From the NCBI GenBank assembly GCA_963718525.1, contig OY970355.1:416001-480000 (forward strand): a stretch of DNA of 64,000 bases, in the 5' to 3' direction. A program made the translations under genes and the position numbers. Shown here piece by piece: positions 29,130-38,292 of this stretch (its first letter is position 1; each line of letters starts with the position of its first letter). The stretch comes from Candidatus Dormiibacterota bacterium (GTDB lineage: Bacteria; Chloroflexota; Dormibacteria; Aeolococcales; Aeolococcaceae). A model generated the notes under the pieces. It was given only the letters and a program-made list of their open reading frames with translations, was not told the DNA's origin and searched no databases.

Positions 29130-29939
29130 ATGCCGGTCATACGCGCCAACGGGATCGACATGCATTACCGGATTGCCGGGGCCGGGCCGGAGACCGTCGT
29201 GCTCGTGAACGGAGTGGGTGACGACCTCGAGGGCTGGGCGATGCAGCTGGACCCCCTGCTCGCTGCGGGCTTGCGCGTGATCACGTTCGACAACCGCGGC
29301 GTGGGCCGCTCGTCGTGTCCGCCGGGTCCGTACTCGAGCAGAGAGATGGCGGCGGACACAAAAGCGCTCGCCGACGCGATCGGGCTCAGCGGATTCCATC
29401 TTGTGGGTGTCTCGATGGGCGGCGTGATCGCCCAGGAGTATGCGCTGGCGTACCCGGACGACCTCCGCTCGGTCGTGCTCGCGAACACGTACGCAAGGCC
29501 CGATGCGTTCACCCGGGCAGCCTTCGGCGCCTGGGGACAGGTTGCCGAGAGCGCAGGGATGCAGCTGATGATGCGACAGCAGGCTCCCTGGGTTTTCAGC
29601 CCCGTCTTCTACGAGGCCCACCCCGATCGGCTTGCCACCATCGTGGGCGAGATGGAGCGCAGCTCCCAGCCGGTGTCCGCGTTCTCGGCGCAGATCGCCG
29701 CGCTGCTGAATCACGACAGCGCGGAGCAACTCGGGTCGTTGCGGACACCCGCACTCGTGATCGCAGCCGATGACGACATCATCATCCGGCTGTCGCTCTC
29801 GCACCGGCTCTATGAGGAACTGCCCAATGGGAGCTGGGCAATCGTCCCCGGCGGGCATGCCGCCTTCATCGAAAATCCCGACCCGTGGAATCGAGCCGTC
29901 GTTGCATTCATTGAACGGCACCGCGTCGCGGTGCACTGA
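29130..29939 (+). CDS. Alpha/beta hydrolase
   Basis: FDNRGVGRS, GVSMGG, GGH. Confidence 0.9.
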   Translation: MPVIRANGIDMHYRIAGAGPETVVLVNGVGDDLEGWAMQLDPLLAAGLRVITFDNRGVGRSSCPPGPYSSREMAADTKALADAIGLSGFHLVGVSMGGVIAQEYALAYPDDLRSVVLANTYARPDAFTRAAFGAWGQVAESAGMQLMMRQQAPWVFSPVFYEAHPDRLATIVGEMERSSQPVSAFSAQIAALLNHDSAEQLGSLRTPALVIAADDDIIIRLSLSHRLYEELPNGSWAIVPGGHAAFIENPDPWNRAVVAFIERHRVAVH

Positions 29940-29948
29940 GGAGATGGG

Positions 29949-30764
29949 ATGAACCTGTCGCTGGAGCAGCGATTCGGCACCCCGAAGCCGGTGATCGCGA
30001 TGCTGCACTTCCCGGGGTTGCCCGGCCGGCCCCGACACAATCGCGAGCTCGGGAGAAGCCACCTGGTCGACGTCGTCGGCCGCGACCTGGAAACGCTCCA
30101 GGAAGCCGGCGTCGACGGTGTGCTCTTCTGCAACGAGAACGACATCCCGTACCAGCTGGTGGTCGGGCCGGAGATTCCCGCGGCGATGGCGGCGGTCATC
30201 GGCGAGCTGCGCGCCTCGGTGCGAGTTCCCTTCGGCGTCAACATCCTCTGGGACGCCAAGGCGAGCATCGCGGTTGCTCGCGCGACCGGTGCGAGCTTCG
30301 TGCGTGAGGTGCTGACCGGTGTGTACGAGAGTGACCTCGGGGTGATCGCGCCGGCCATCGGCGATCTCGCCGGATACCGCACCGCGATCGGGGCAGATGA
30401 GGTCGCCCTCTTCGACAACATCGCGCCCGAGTTCAGCAGCGTGCTCGGCACCCGGAGCATCGCGGATCGGGCACGCAGCGCGGCTTTTCTCGGCGTGGAT
30501 GCGATCCTCATCTCCGGCCCGGCCGCCGGCGTGTCATTCGTGATGAGTGATCTGAGGACCGCCAAGGACGCCGTGCCCGATATGCCTGTCTTCGCCAACA
30601 CCGGCGTCAGCGCCGACCGGCTGGAGGAGGTCTTCGACGTAGCTGACGGAGTCATCGTGGGCACGAGCCTGAAGGTCGACGGGGACACCTGGAGCCGCGT
30701 CGACCCGGCACGTGCCGAGCGACTGATGGATACTGCCCGCGCGCTTCGCTCGAAGCGCTCCTGA
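29949..30764 (+). CDS. BtpA/SgcQ family TIM-barrel protein (paralog 2)
   Basis: Same motifs and same length (271 aa) as 24870-25685. Confidence 0.9.
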   Translation: MNLSLEQRFGTPKPVIAMLHFPGLPGRPRHNRELGRSHLVDVVGRDLETLQEAGVDGVLFCNENDIPYQLVVGPEIPAAMAAVIGELRASVRVPFGVNILWDAKASIAVARATGASFVREVLTGVYESDLGVIAPAIGDLAGYRTAIGADEVALFDNIAPEFSSVLGTRSIADRARSAAFLGVDAILISGPAAGVSFVMSDLRTAKDAVPDMPVFANTGVSADRLEEVFDVADGVIVGTSLKVDGDTWSRVDPARAERLMDTARALRSKRS

Positions 30765-30808
30765 CAGCGTCGGGATGGTCGGATCCCGGAGATGAGGAGA
30801 GCCTGGAA

Positions 30809-32506
30809 ATGGAATTCAGAACGGCGCGCGACTTCCTGCTCTCGCATCGGGCGGACTACCACCGGGCACACCGGGACTTTCAGTGGCCCCGCCCCGGGAG
30901 CTTCAACTGGGCCCTCGACTGGTTCGACACCATCGCCGCCGGCAACGAACGCCCAGCGCTCTGGATCGTCGATGACGACGACACGGAGACGAGACTCAGC
31001 TTTGCCGAGTTGAGCGCTCGCTCGAGCGCACTCGCCGCCTGGCTGCGCGAGCGAGGCGTGCGCCGGGGCGATCACACGCTGCTCATGCTCGGCAACCGCG
31101 TCGCGCTCTGGGAGTGCATCCTCGCGCTGACCAAATTGGGGGCGGTGATGATCCCGTCCAGCACGCTCCTCACCGCCTCGGATATCGGCGATCGAGTCGA
31201 CCGCGGAAGTGTTGCGCACGTCATCGTGGAATCCGCGCTGACCGGGCAATTTGAGCAGATCGCGGGAGCCTTCACCCGCATCGCCGTCGGTGAGCCCGTC
31301 GAGGGATGGCTCGACTACAACGATTACATGGCCCCCGGCGCCTCATTTGCCGCGGAGGGATCGACGCCCGCGAACGATCCACTCTTCCTGTACTTCACGT
31401 CCGGAACGACCGCACAGCCGAAGCTCGTTGAGCACACGCACATCTCCTATCCCATCGGACATCTCTCGACCATGTACTGGCTCGCGCTGCAGCCGGGGGA
31501 CGTTCATCTCAACATCTCCTCGCCGGGCTGGGCGAAACACGCCTGGAGCAACGTCTTCGCGCCGTGGAATGCCGAGGCCACGGTGCTGATCCTCAACGCC
31601 ACCCGGTTCTCGGCGCGACGCCTGCTCGACACGCTGACGCGGTGCTCGGTCACCAGCCTGTGCGCGCCGCCCACGGTCTGGCGGATGCTCATCCAGGAGG
31701 ACCTGAGCGCGTGGCAGCCGCCGCTGCGCGAGGTGCTCAGCGCCGGCGAGCCGCTCAACCCGGAGGTGATCGACCAGGTGCGCCGCGCGTGGGGCCTGAC
31801 CATTCGCGACGGGTACGGACAGACGGAGACCACGGCGCAGATCGGCAACACCTCAGACCAGCTGGTCAAGCCGGGCTCCATGGGGCGGCCGCTCCCCGGA
31901 TACGTCATCGACCTCATCGATCCCGCAACCGGCGTCCACGGCGAGACAGGAGAGATCTGCATCGATCTTTCCCAACGACCGGTGGCGCTCATGGTGGGAT
32001 ACCGTGACGACCCCGCACATACCGCGGAGGTGATGCGCGACGGTTTCTATCACACCGGTGATGTCGCATCCCGCGACAGCGATGGCTACATCACGTACGT
32101 CGGCCGTTCTGACGACGTGTTCAAGTCATCGGACTACCGCATCTCCCCGTTCGAGCTCGAGAGCGTGCTCATCGAGCATGCGGCGGTGGCGGAGGCAGCG
32201 GTGGTGCCCTCGCCGGATCCCGTCCGGATGTCGGTCCCCAAGGCGTTCATCGCGGTGGGAGCGGGATATGTCGCGTCGGCGGACGTTGCACGATCGATCT
32301 TCGAGCACTCACAGGCGCACCTGGCCGGATACAAGCGTATTCGCAGGCTCGAGTTTGCTGAGCTGCCCAAGACGATCTCCGGGAAGATCCGGCGTGTGGA
32401 CCTGCGCGCGAAGGAGGCCGACTTGCGCGCGGGGATATCGAGTGCGCGCGCGGAGAACGAGTACTGGGAAGAGGACTTTCCGGACCTGCGGCCCGCGCCT
32501 TCCTGA
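30809..32506 (+). CDS. Acyl-CoA synthetase (AMP-forming, short/medium chain)
   Basis: YFTSGTT..PK, GWAK, GEPLN, DGYGQTET, YHTGD, GRSDD, PKTISGKIRR. Confidence 0.93.
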   Translation: MEFRTARDFLLSHRADYHRAHRDFQWPRPGSFNWALDWFDTIAAGNERPALWIVDDDDTETRLSFAELSARSSALAAWLRERGVRRGDHTLLMLGNRVALWECILALTKLGAVMIPSSTLLTASDIGDRVDRGSVAHVIVESALTGQFEQIAGAFTRIAVGEPVEGWLDYNDYMAPGASFAAEGSTPANDPLFLYFTSGTTAQPKLVEHTHISYPIGHLSTMYWLALQPGDVHLNISSPGWAKHAWSNVFAPWNAEATVLILNATRFSARRLLDTLTRCSVTSLCAPPTVWRMLIQEDLSAWQPPLREVLSAGEPLNPEVIDQVRRAWGLTIRDGYGQTETTAQIGNTSDQLVKPGSMGRPLPGYVIDLIDPATGVHGETGEICIDLSQRPVALMVGYRDDPAHTAEVMRDGFYHTGDVASRDSDGYITYVGRSDDVFKSSDYRISPFELESVLIEHAAVAEAAVVPSPDPVRMSVPKAFIAVGAGYVASADVARSIFEHSQAHLAGYKRIRRLEFAELPKTISGKIRRVDLRAKEADLRAGISSARAENEYWEEDFPDLRPAPS

Positions 32507-32521
32507 CGCCCACCAATTCGG

Positions 32522-32980
32522 TCAGGTGTGGAAGCGGTAGAGGCCCTGAGCGACGCAGCACGGCTTGTCGGAGCCCTCTCGCTCGATCACGAAGTCAACG
32601 ACGATCTGAACGCTTCCGTCGGCGACCGTCTCGACCGAGACCAGCGTGGCGCCCGTTCGTATTCTCGACCCGACAGGTACCGGAGAGGGAAAGCGCACCC
32701 GGTTCAATCCGTAGTTGATGCCGAGGCGAACGCCGTCGAAATGGAGTATCTCGGTCCACATCGGCACAAGCAGGGAGAGCGTCAGGAATCCGTGCGCAAT
32801 CTCGGTGCCGAACGGCCCCGCGGCAGCGCGTTCCGAGTCGACATGAATCCACTGGTGGTCATCGGTCGCATCGGCGAACAGGTTGATCTGCTCCTGGGTG
32901 ATCTCCCGCCACTCGCAGTAGCCGAGGTGCTTGCCTGTCAACGCTGTCAGCTCGGCAACGCTGGTGACGGTGGTGGTCAC
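32522..32980 (-). CDS. MaoC family dehydratase
   Basis: FADATDDHQWIHVD, IAHGFLTLS, NYGLNRVRFP. Confidence 0.92.
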   Translation of the reverse strand: MTTTVTSVAELTALTGKHLGYCEWREITQEQINLFADATDDHQWIHVDSERAAAGPFGTEIAHGFLTLSLLVPMWTEILHFDGVRLGINYGLNRVRFPSPVPVGSRIRTGATLVSVETVADGSVQIVVDFVIEREGSDKPCCVAQGLYRFHT

Positions 32981-32989
32981 GCGGGCTCC

Positions 32990-33394
32990 TCAGTCGCGAG
33001 TCAGGATGACGACTGGAATCTCTCGCTCTGTGCGTTGCTGGTATTGATCGTAGTCGGGCCACGAGGCGGTCATCGTCTTCCAGAGCTCCGGCTTCTCTTC
33101 GGGAGTCGCCGTGCGGGCATGGGCGGCAAAGCGATCGCCCTTGACCTGCACCTGCACCTCGGGGTTTGCGACAAGGTTCGTGTACCAAGCAGGCGGTGTC
33201 GGCGCTCCACCCTTGGAACCGACGACCAGGTAATCGTCGCCGTGTCGGCCGAAGATCAGCGCGTTACTCCTCGGCTCGCCTGTCTTCCGGCCCTTCGTGG
33301 TCAGGATCAGGATCTCCGACCCCTTGTGCCAGCTGTAGCCTTCTTCGCCGTTTGTTTCGACGTATCGGTCGACGTGCTCTTTGCCATACAACAT
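32990..33394 (-). CDS. Deazaflavin (F420)-dependent nitroreductase family protein, Ddn-like
   Basis: LTTKGRKTG.PR, VVGSKGG...P.WY.NL.ANP, Y..YQ..T.REIPVV.L. Confidence 0.92.
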   Translation of the reverse strand: MLYGKEHVDRYVETNGEEGYSWHKGSEILILTTKGRKTGEPRSNALIFGRHGDDYLVVGSKGGAPTPPAWYTNLVANPEVQVQVKGDRFAAHARTATPEEKPELWKTMTASWPDYDQYQQRTEREIPVVILTRD

Positions 33395-33514
33395 CAATGC
33401 ATCTCCGGAGGTGCGTTTGTCCGACGCCGGGAAACCTGCCTTTGAGTGTAATTTACCGGTGCACTTCGAAGATTCGCGGTTCTCGCGACCTGGCGCGACC
33501 AGGGCTGTCTGAAC

Positions 33515-34528
33515 ATGGCATCGAGGTTCGGCGGCGTGATCGGACGGATGGGTCCCCTGGCCGTCGCCATCGCCGCCGCGATGTGGGCCACCGACCCGTA
33601 CTTCCGGCCCGCGCTGACCAAGCAGCTGACCGCCAGCCAGATCGTCTTCGTCGAGTCGCTGCTGATCGCGCTGTGCTTCCTGCCTGTCGCCGGACGCGTG
33701 CGTCGAGAGTTGCGCCATCTGCCCGGCCGCCAGTGGATCGCGATGGCCATCATCGCCATCGGCGCGCAGGCATTTGCCACGGTCCTCTTCACCCAGGCCC
33801 TCAGCTATGCGTTCCCGGCGCATGCCGCACCGGATTTCAATGTCGAGAACGAGGTCTACCTGCTCTACATGCTGCAGCCGGTGTTCGGCATCGCCATGGC
33901 GCGCATCTTTCTCAGAGAGCGGCGCAAGCCGTACTTCTGGCCGCTCGCACTCTGCGCGATCGTGGGTGTGTATCTCATCGTGTTTCCGCAGAATCCTCTG
34001 GCACCGTTCTCCTCGGTGCAGCACGGTCAATTGCTGGCGGCGGTGTTGATCCTCGGCGCCGTTGTGCTATGGGCATCCGGGACGGTCTTCGGACGCTACA
34101 GCCTCTCGAATGTGTCCTTCGTCACCACTGCTGCGATGCGCTTCACTCTCGCGCTGCCGGTGCTGCTCGTCCTGATGCTCACCGGCGTTGGCGGGGGTCA
34201 TCTGGGCGCGTTCTCGGTGCAACAGATTCCGAGCTTCATCGGCATTGCGCTCATCCCGGGGTTGCTGGCGATGCTGCTGTACTACCGAGCGCTCGCAGGC
34301 ACGCCCGCCTCGATGGCCTCGATCGCGGAGCTTGGATACCCGTGCACCCTCTTCCTGGTCTTCTCACTGCCGGCGCCGGTGGGTCTCGGCCTTCCCCTCT
34401 ACGGGATCGAGATCGTCGGCGCGCTGCTCCTGATCGCCGTGGTGACGACCCTGAACCTGCTCAAGAATCGCGACGTCGTGGAGACGCCACAGCATGCCGA
34501 TGTCACCCTCGCTGAAGTTGGAACCTAG
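33515..34528 (+). CDS. DMT/EamA family transporter
   Basis: About 10 TM in two EamA repeats (QPVF...ARIFLRE; LLYYRAL..TPAS.AS.AEL); stop is 7 nt before cofC. Confidence 0.88.
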   Translation: MASRFGGVIGRMGPLAVAIAAAMWATDPYFRPALTKQLTASQIVFVESLLIALCFLPVAGRVRRELRHLPGRQWIAMAIIAIGAQAFATVLFTQALSYAFPAHAAPDFNVENEVYLLYMLQPVFGIAMARIFLRERRKPYFWPLALCAIVGVYLIVFPQNPLAPFSSVQHGQLLAAVLILGAVVLWASGTVFGRYSLSNVSFVTTAAMRFTLALPVLLVLMLTGVGGGHLGAFSVQQIPSFIGIALIPGLLAMLLYYRALAGTPASMASIAELGYPCTLFLVFSLPAPVGLGLPLYGIEIVGALLLIAVVTTLNLLKNRDVVETPQHADVTLAEVGT

Positions 34529-34535
34529 TCACCCG

Positions 34536-35141
34536 ATGGCGCCATCGTTCTGGATCGTGGTGCTGATCAAGGACTTCACCACCGCGAAGAGCAGGCTTGC
34601 CACGGTCCTCGAGCCCCAGGCCCGCCGCCGGCTGGCCGAGATGACTGCCGCGCGCGCCCTTGACGCGGCGCTCTCGGTCGCCCCGACGCTCGCCATCTGC
34701 GGATCGGTCGAAGCCGCGGAGCTGGCCCGCCTCCGTGGAGCCGCCCTGGTGGTCGAACCCTCTCCCAGCGGCCAGAACCCCGCGGCAGCCCGGGGTCTTG
34801 CCGAGGTCGTGCAGCGCGGTGCCGCCTCGGCGCTGCTCCTGAGCTCCGACCTTCCACTCGTGGACGAGGCGGCCATCGTCCGGCTCCTCGCTGCAGCCGA
34901 TGTCCCAGGCAACATCATCGTCGCCGTCCCGGCGGAGGGCCGCGCGGGGACCAACGCCCTCTACCTGCGTCCCCCCGGCGACTTCTCGCTCCATTTTGGC
35001 GATGCTTCTTTGCCGAAATTCGAGGAGGAAGCGCGGGTGCGCGGCCGTCGCTTCATCGTCCACGAAGATCCAAGTCTCGCCCTGGACCTCGACGAGCCGT
35101 CAGACCTCGCCACGTGGCGCCGGCTCGAGCCCACCGGGTGA
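34536..35141 (+). CDS. cofC: 2-phospho-L-lactate / PEP guanylyltransferase
   Basis: IKDF..AKSRLA, SDLP, GTNAL, F...FG..S, DLDEP.DL. Confidence 0.88.
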   Translation: MAPSFWIVVLIKDFTTAKSRLATVLEPQARRRLAEMTAARALDAALSVAPTLAICGSVEAAELARLRGAALVVEPSPSGQNPAAARGLAEVVQRGAASALLLSSDLPLVDEAAIVRLLAAADVPGNIIVAVPAEGRAGTNALYLRPPGDFSLHFGDASLPKFEEEARVRGRRFIVHEDPSLALDLDEPSDLATWRRLEPTG

Positions 35142-35875
35142 CCCTGGAGCTGCGCGGCGTCGAAGGTCTTCCCGAGATCCGTCCGGGCGATGATCTCGGC
35201 GCGCTGATCGTCGAGAGGTCGGGGGAACTCCAGGAAGGCGATGTCGTCATCGTCGCCCAGAAGGTCGTGTCGAAAGCAGAGGGACGGATTCGCACACTCT
35301 CCCGGGTAACGCCGTCGGAGCGAGCGATTGCACTGGCACTGAAGCTCGAGGCCGATCCGCGCCTGGTCCAGGTGATCCTTGACGAGACCAGGCGCGTGGT
35401 GCGCGATGACCGAGTCCTGATCGTCGAGACCCTCCAGGGATTCGTCTGTGCGAACGCCGGGGTCGATCGGTCGAACGTTGACGGTGAGGACGATGTCTGC
35501 CTCCTCCCCGTCGATTGCGATGCGAGCGCCGGTGCGCTCCATGAGCGGATCCACGCGCTGACGGGAGTGCGAGCCGGCGTCATCGTGAGCGACACGTTCG
35601 GGCGCGCGTGGCGGATGGGCCTGGTCAACGTGGCGCTCGGCGTCGCCGGAATACCGGCGGTGCTCGACTATCGCGGTCGCCCCGACGATTTCGGGATGCC
35701 CCTGCAGGCGACCGTGGTGGCGATCGGCGATGAGCTGGCGGCGGCCGCGGAATTGCTGATGGGCAAGACTCGACGGGTTCCCGCGGTGATCGTGCATGGG
35801 CTGGATGCGCTCGAGGCACCGCCCGGCAGCGGCCAGGAGCTCGTGCGGCCGTCCGACCTCGATCTTTTCCGATGA
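35138..35875 (+). CDS. cofE: F420-0:gamma-glutamyl ligase (single domain)
   Basis: GLPEIRPGDDL, KVVSKAEGR, CANAGVDRSN, SDTFGRAWR.G, DELAAAAEL.MGK. Confidence 0.93.
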   Translation: MTLELRGVEGLPEIRPGDDLGALIVERSGELQEGDVVIVAQKVVSKAEGRIRTLSRVTPSERAIALALKLEADPRLVQVILDETRRVVRDDRVLIVETLQGFVCANAGVDRSNVDGEDDVCLLPVDCDASAGALHERIHALTGVRAGVIVSDTFGRAWRMGLVNVALGVAGIPAVLDYRGRPDDFGMPLQATVVAIGDELAAAAELLMGKTRRVPAVIVHGLDALEAPPGSGQELVRPSDLDLFR

Positions 35876-36801
35876 GGGTGGCGCTGCTCTCGGGTGGCAC
35901 CGGAGGGGCACGGCTGGCGACGGGGTTGGCGGCGGTGCTGCCGCCAGACGACCTCTCTGTCGTCGTGAACACGGGCGACGATGACGAATTCTGGGGATTG
36001 CTCGTCAGCCCCGACATCGACGCGATCCTCTACCGGCTTGCGGGAGTCTTCAACCATGCGACCGGGTTCGGGGTCCGCGATGACACGTTCAACGCGCAGG
36101 CGATGCTCGGAAGCCTCGGCGAGCAGACCTGGTTCCAACTGGGCGACCGGGACATCGGCGTGCACCTGCTCAGGGCGACGCTGCTGCACAGCGGTCGGAG
36201 CCTCACCGAGGCGGTGGCGGAGCTCGCGACGAGATTCGGGATCCGGGCTCGGGTGATCCCGATGAGCGACGACCCGGTGCGCACGCGCATCCGAACGGAT
36301 CGAGGTGAGCTGAGCATGCAAGAGTGGTTCGTCGGCGAGCGATGCCGGCCCGTCGTGCGGAGCCTGCGTCTGGCGGGCGTCGAGTCGGCTCGCCCGGCGC
36401 CGGACGCGGTGACCGCGATCACGAACGCGGATGCCGTGATCATCGGACCATCGAACCCACTCCTGAGCGTCGATCCCATTCTCGCCGTCCTCGGCGTCGA
36501 GCTCGACCGGCAGCGCGTGACCGTGGTGTCGCCGGTGGTCGGCGGCAGGTCGCTCAAGGGCCCGACCGTCGACATGCTCCGGCAGGTTGGCGAGGAGGCG
36601 ACAGCGCTCGGCGTGGCGCGCCGCTACGCCGGCATCGCCGCAACGATCGTCATCGACCGCACCGACGCGGCGCTGATCCAGCCGATCCGCTCACTCGGGG
36701 TGCGGCCGCTGATCGACGACATCGTCATGGACGGCGCGGACGGCGAGCGCCGCCTGGCCAGGTCCCTGCTGAACCTCCTAGAGTCGGCCGATGGCTCATG
36801 A
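35872..36801 (+). CDS. cofD: 2-phospho-L-lactate transferase
   Basis: LSGGTGGARL, NTGDD, SPDID, WFQLGDRD, PMSDD, GPSNP, KGP. Confidence 0.93.
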   Translation: MRVALLSGGTGGARLATGLAAVLPPDDLSVVVNTGDDDEFWGLLVSPDIDAILYRLAGVFNHATGFGVRDDTFNAQAMLGSLGEQTWFQLGDRDIGVHLLRATLLHSGRSLTEAVAELATRFGIRARVIPMSDDPVRTRIRTDRGELSMQEWFVGERCRPVVRSLRLAGVESARPAPDAVTAITNADAVIIGPSNPLLSVDPILAVLGVELDRQRVTVVSPVVGGRSLKGPTVDMLRQVGEEATALGVARRYAGIAATIVIDRTDAALIQPIRSLGVRPLIDDIVMDGADGERRLARSLLNLLESADGS

Positions 36802-37201
36802 GGCTGCGCTCGAATTCATTCGCGGGAATCCGCGAGGCGTGATGGCTACCTACCGGCGCGATGGTCAGGCGCAGCTCTCGCCGGTGATCGCCGCGGTCGA
36901 CGCCGAGGATCGAGTTGTGATCAGCACCCGCGAGGGGGCGATGAAGACCCGCAATCTCAGGCGCAACCCACGTGGTGCGTTCTGCGCGCTCAGCGAACGC
37001 TTCTTCGGCGCCTGGCACAGCGTGGAAGGCAACGTCGAGGTCGTCAGCCTTCCAGACGCGATGGAATTGCTCGTCGACTACTACCGGCGGGTCAGTGGAG
37101 AACATCCCGATTGGCAGGAATATCGCGACGCCATGGTGCGTGAGCGACGCGTCGTGCTGCGTATCACCGTGGACCGCAGCGGACCGACGGCCCAGGGCTA
37201 G
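36791..37201 (+). CDS. PPOX-class F420-dependent oxidoreductase
   Basis: ATYRRDG..QLSPV, K.RNLRRNP, YYR..SGEHPDW.EYR.AM..ERR. Confidence 0.9.
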   Translation: MAHEAALEFIRGNPRGVMATYRRDGQAQLSPVIAAVDAEDRVVISTREGAMKTRNLRRNPRGAFCALSERFFGAWHSVEGNVEVVSLPDAMELLVDYYRRVSGEHPDWQEYRDAMVRERRVVLRITVDRSGPTAQG

Positions 37202-37208
37202 GAGCCGC

Positions 37209-38241
37209 TCAGGTCGCCTCCTGCGCGGCCAGATCGCGAAGGCGCGGGAGCACCTCGCGGCCGTACAGCTCCAGAAATCGCCGCTGATCGGGGCCGGGAG
37301 CGTGGAAGACGAGATGCGTGAAACCGGCGTCCAGGTAGGGGCGGATCCGGTCGACGTGCTCGCCGGCATCGGATGACACGATCCAGCGGCTCGCCGCCCG
37401 TTCGGTCGAAAGAGCGTCGGCAAGGCGCTCCATCTCGACGGGGTCGTCGACGCCGGTCTTCTCATCCGGGGACAGCGCCAGCGCAGCCCAATGACGGGTG
37501 TCCTCTCGCGCTCGCTGCAGATCGCTGTCGAACGAGACCTTCATCTCAATCGTGAGCTCGATGCCATGAGCGTCTCGTCCGGCGGCGCGTGCGCCTTCCG
37601 CCACGGCGGGGAGCAGCGTGTCCGTGTACAGCTCCATTCCTTTGCCGCTGGTGCAGATGAGTCCATCGGCGACACGCCCGGCAAGCCGTGCCGCAGACGC
37701 ACCGGCAGCCGCGATGTAGAGTGGGATCGGCGTCGAGGGACGGTCGTAGATGGTGGCGTTCCGGGTGCGGTAATACCTGCCGTCGAACGTGACTCGCTCG
37801 CTCGTCAGCAGCGTCTTGATCAGCTCGACGGCTTCCCTGAGCCGTGCGAAGCGTTCCTTGGCATCGGGCCACTCGATGCCGAGCGGCGCTTCGTTCATCG
37901 AACTCACCGGTGCCCACACCGAGCCAGATGCGGCCCGGAAAGAGCGATCCCAGCGTGCCCAACGCCTGAGCGACCACCGCGGGGTGATAGCGGAACGTGG
38001 GGGTGAGCACGCTCGTGCCGAGCTCGATGCGTTTCGTGGCCTGGCCCGCCGCTCCCAGCCACGAGAGTGAGAAGGGTGCGTGACCCCCGGTGTGACGCCA
38101 GGGTTGGAAGTGATCACTGATCGCGGCTGTGTCGAATCCACAGTGCTCCGCAAACACCGTGAAATCGAGCAGGTCGGTCGGTCCGAATTGCTCTGCCGAG
38201 ACCTTGTAACCGAGCCGGAGTTGACGCGACACCGGGCTCAT
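37209..38241 (-). CDS. fgd: F420-dependent glucose-6-phosphate dehydrogenase (frameshifted as assembled at 37901-37902)
   Basis: N-half [40 protein letters not shown]; C-half [37 protein letters not shown]. Removing one base gives GTGESMNE in a single frame. Confidence 0.9.
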
Positions 38242-38292
38242 GTTCCCACTCGGCGTCGCGAGCCGGGTGTGCCGGCCCCCGCGCCACGACGG

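Noticed and set aside
33395-33514. Possible FMN riboswitch upstream of the DMT transporter
   Set aside because: The region is short, shared with a divergent gene, and lacks the conserved RFN sequence blocks.
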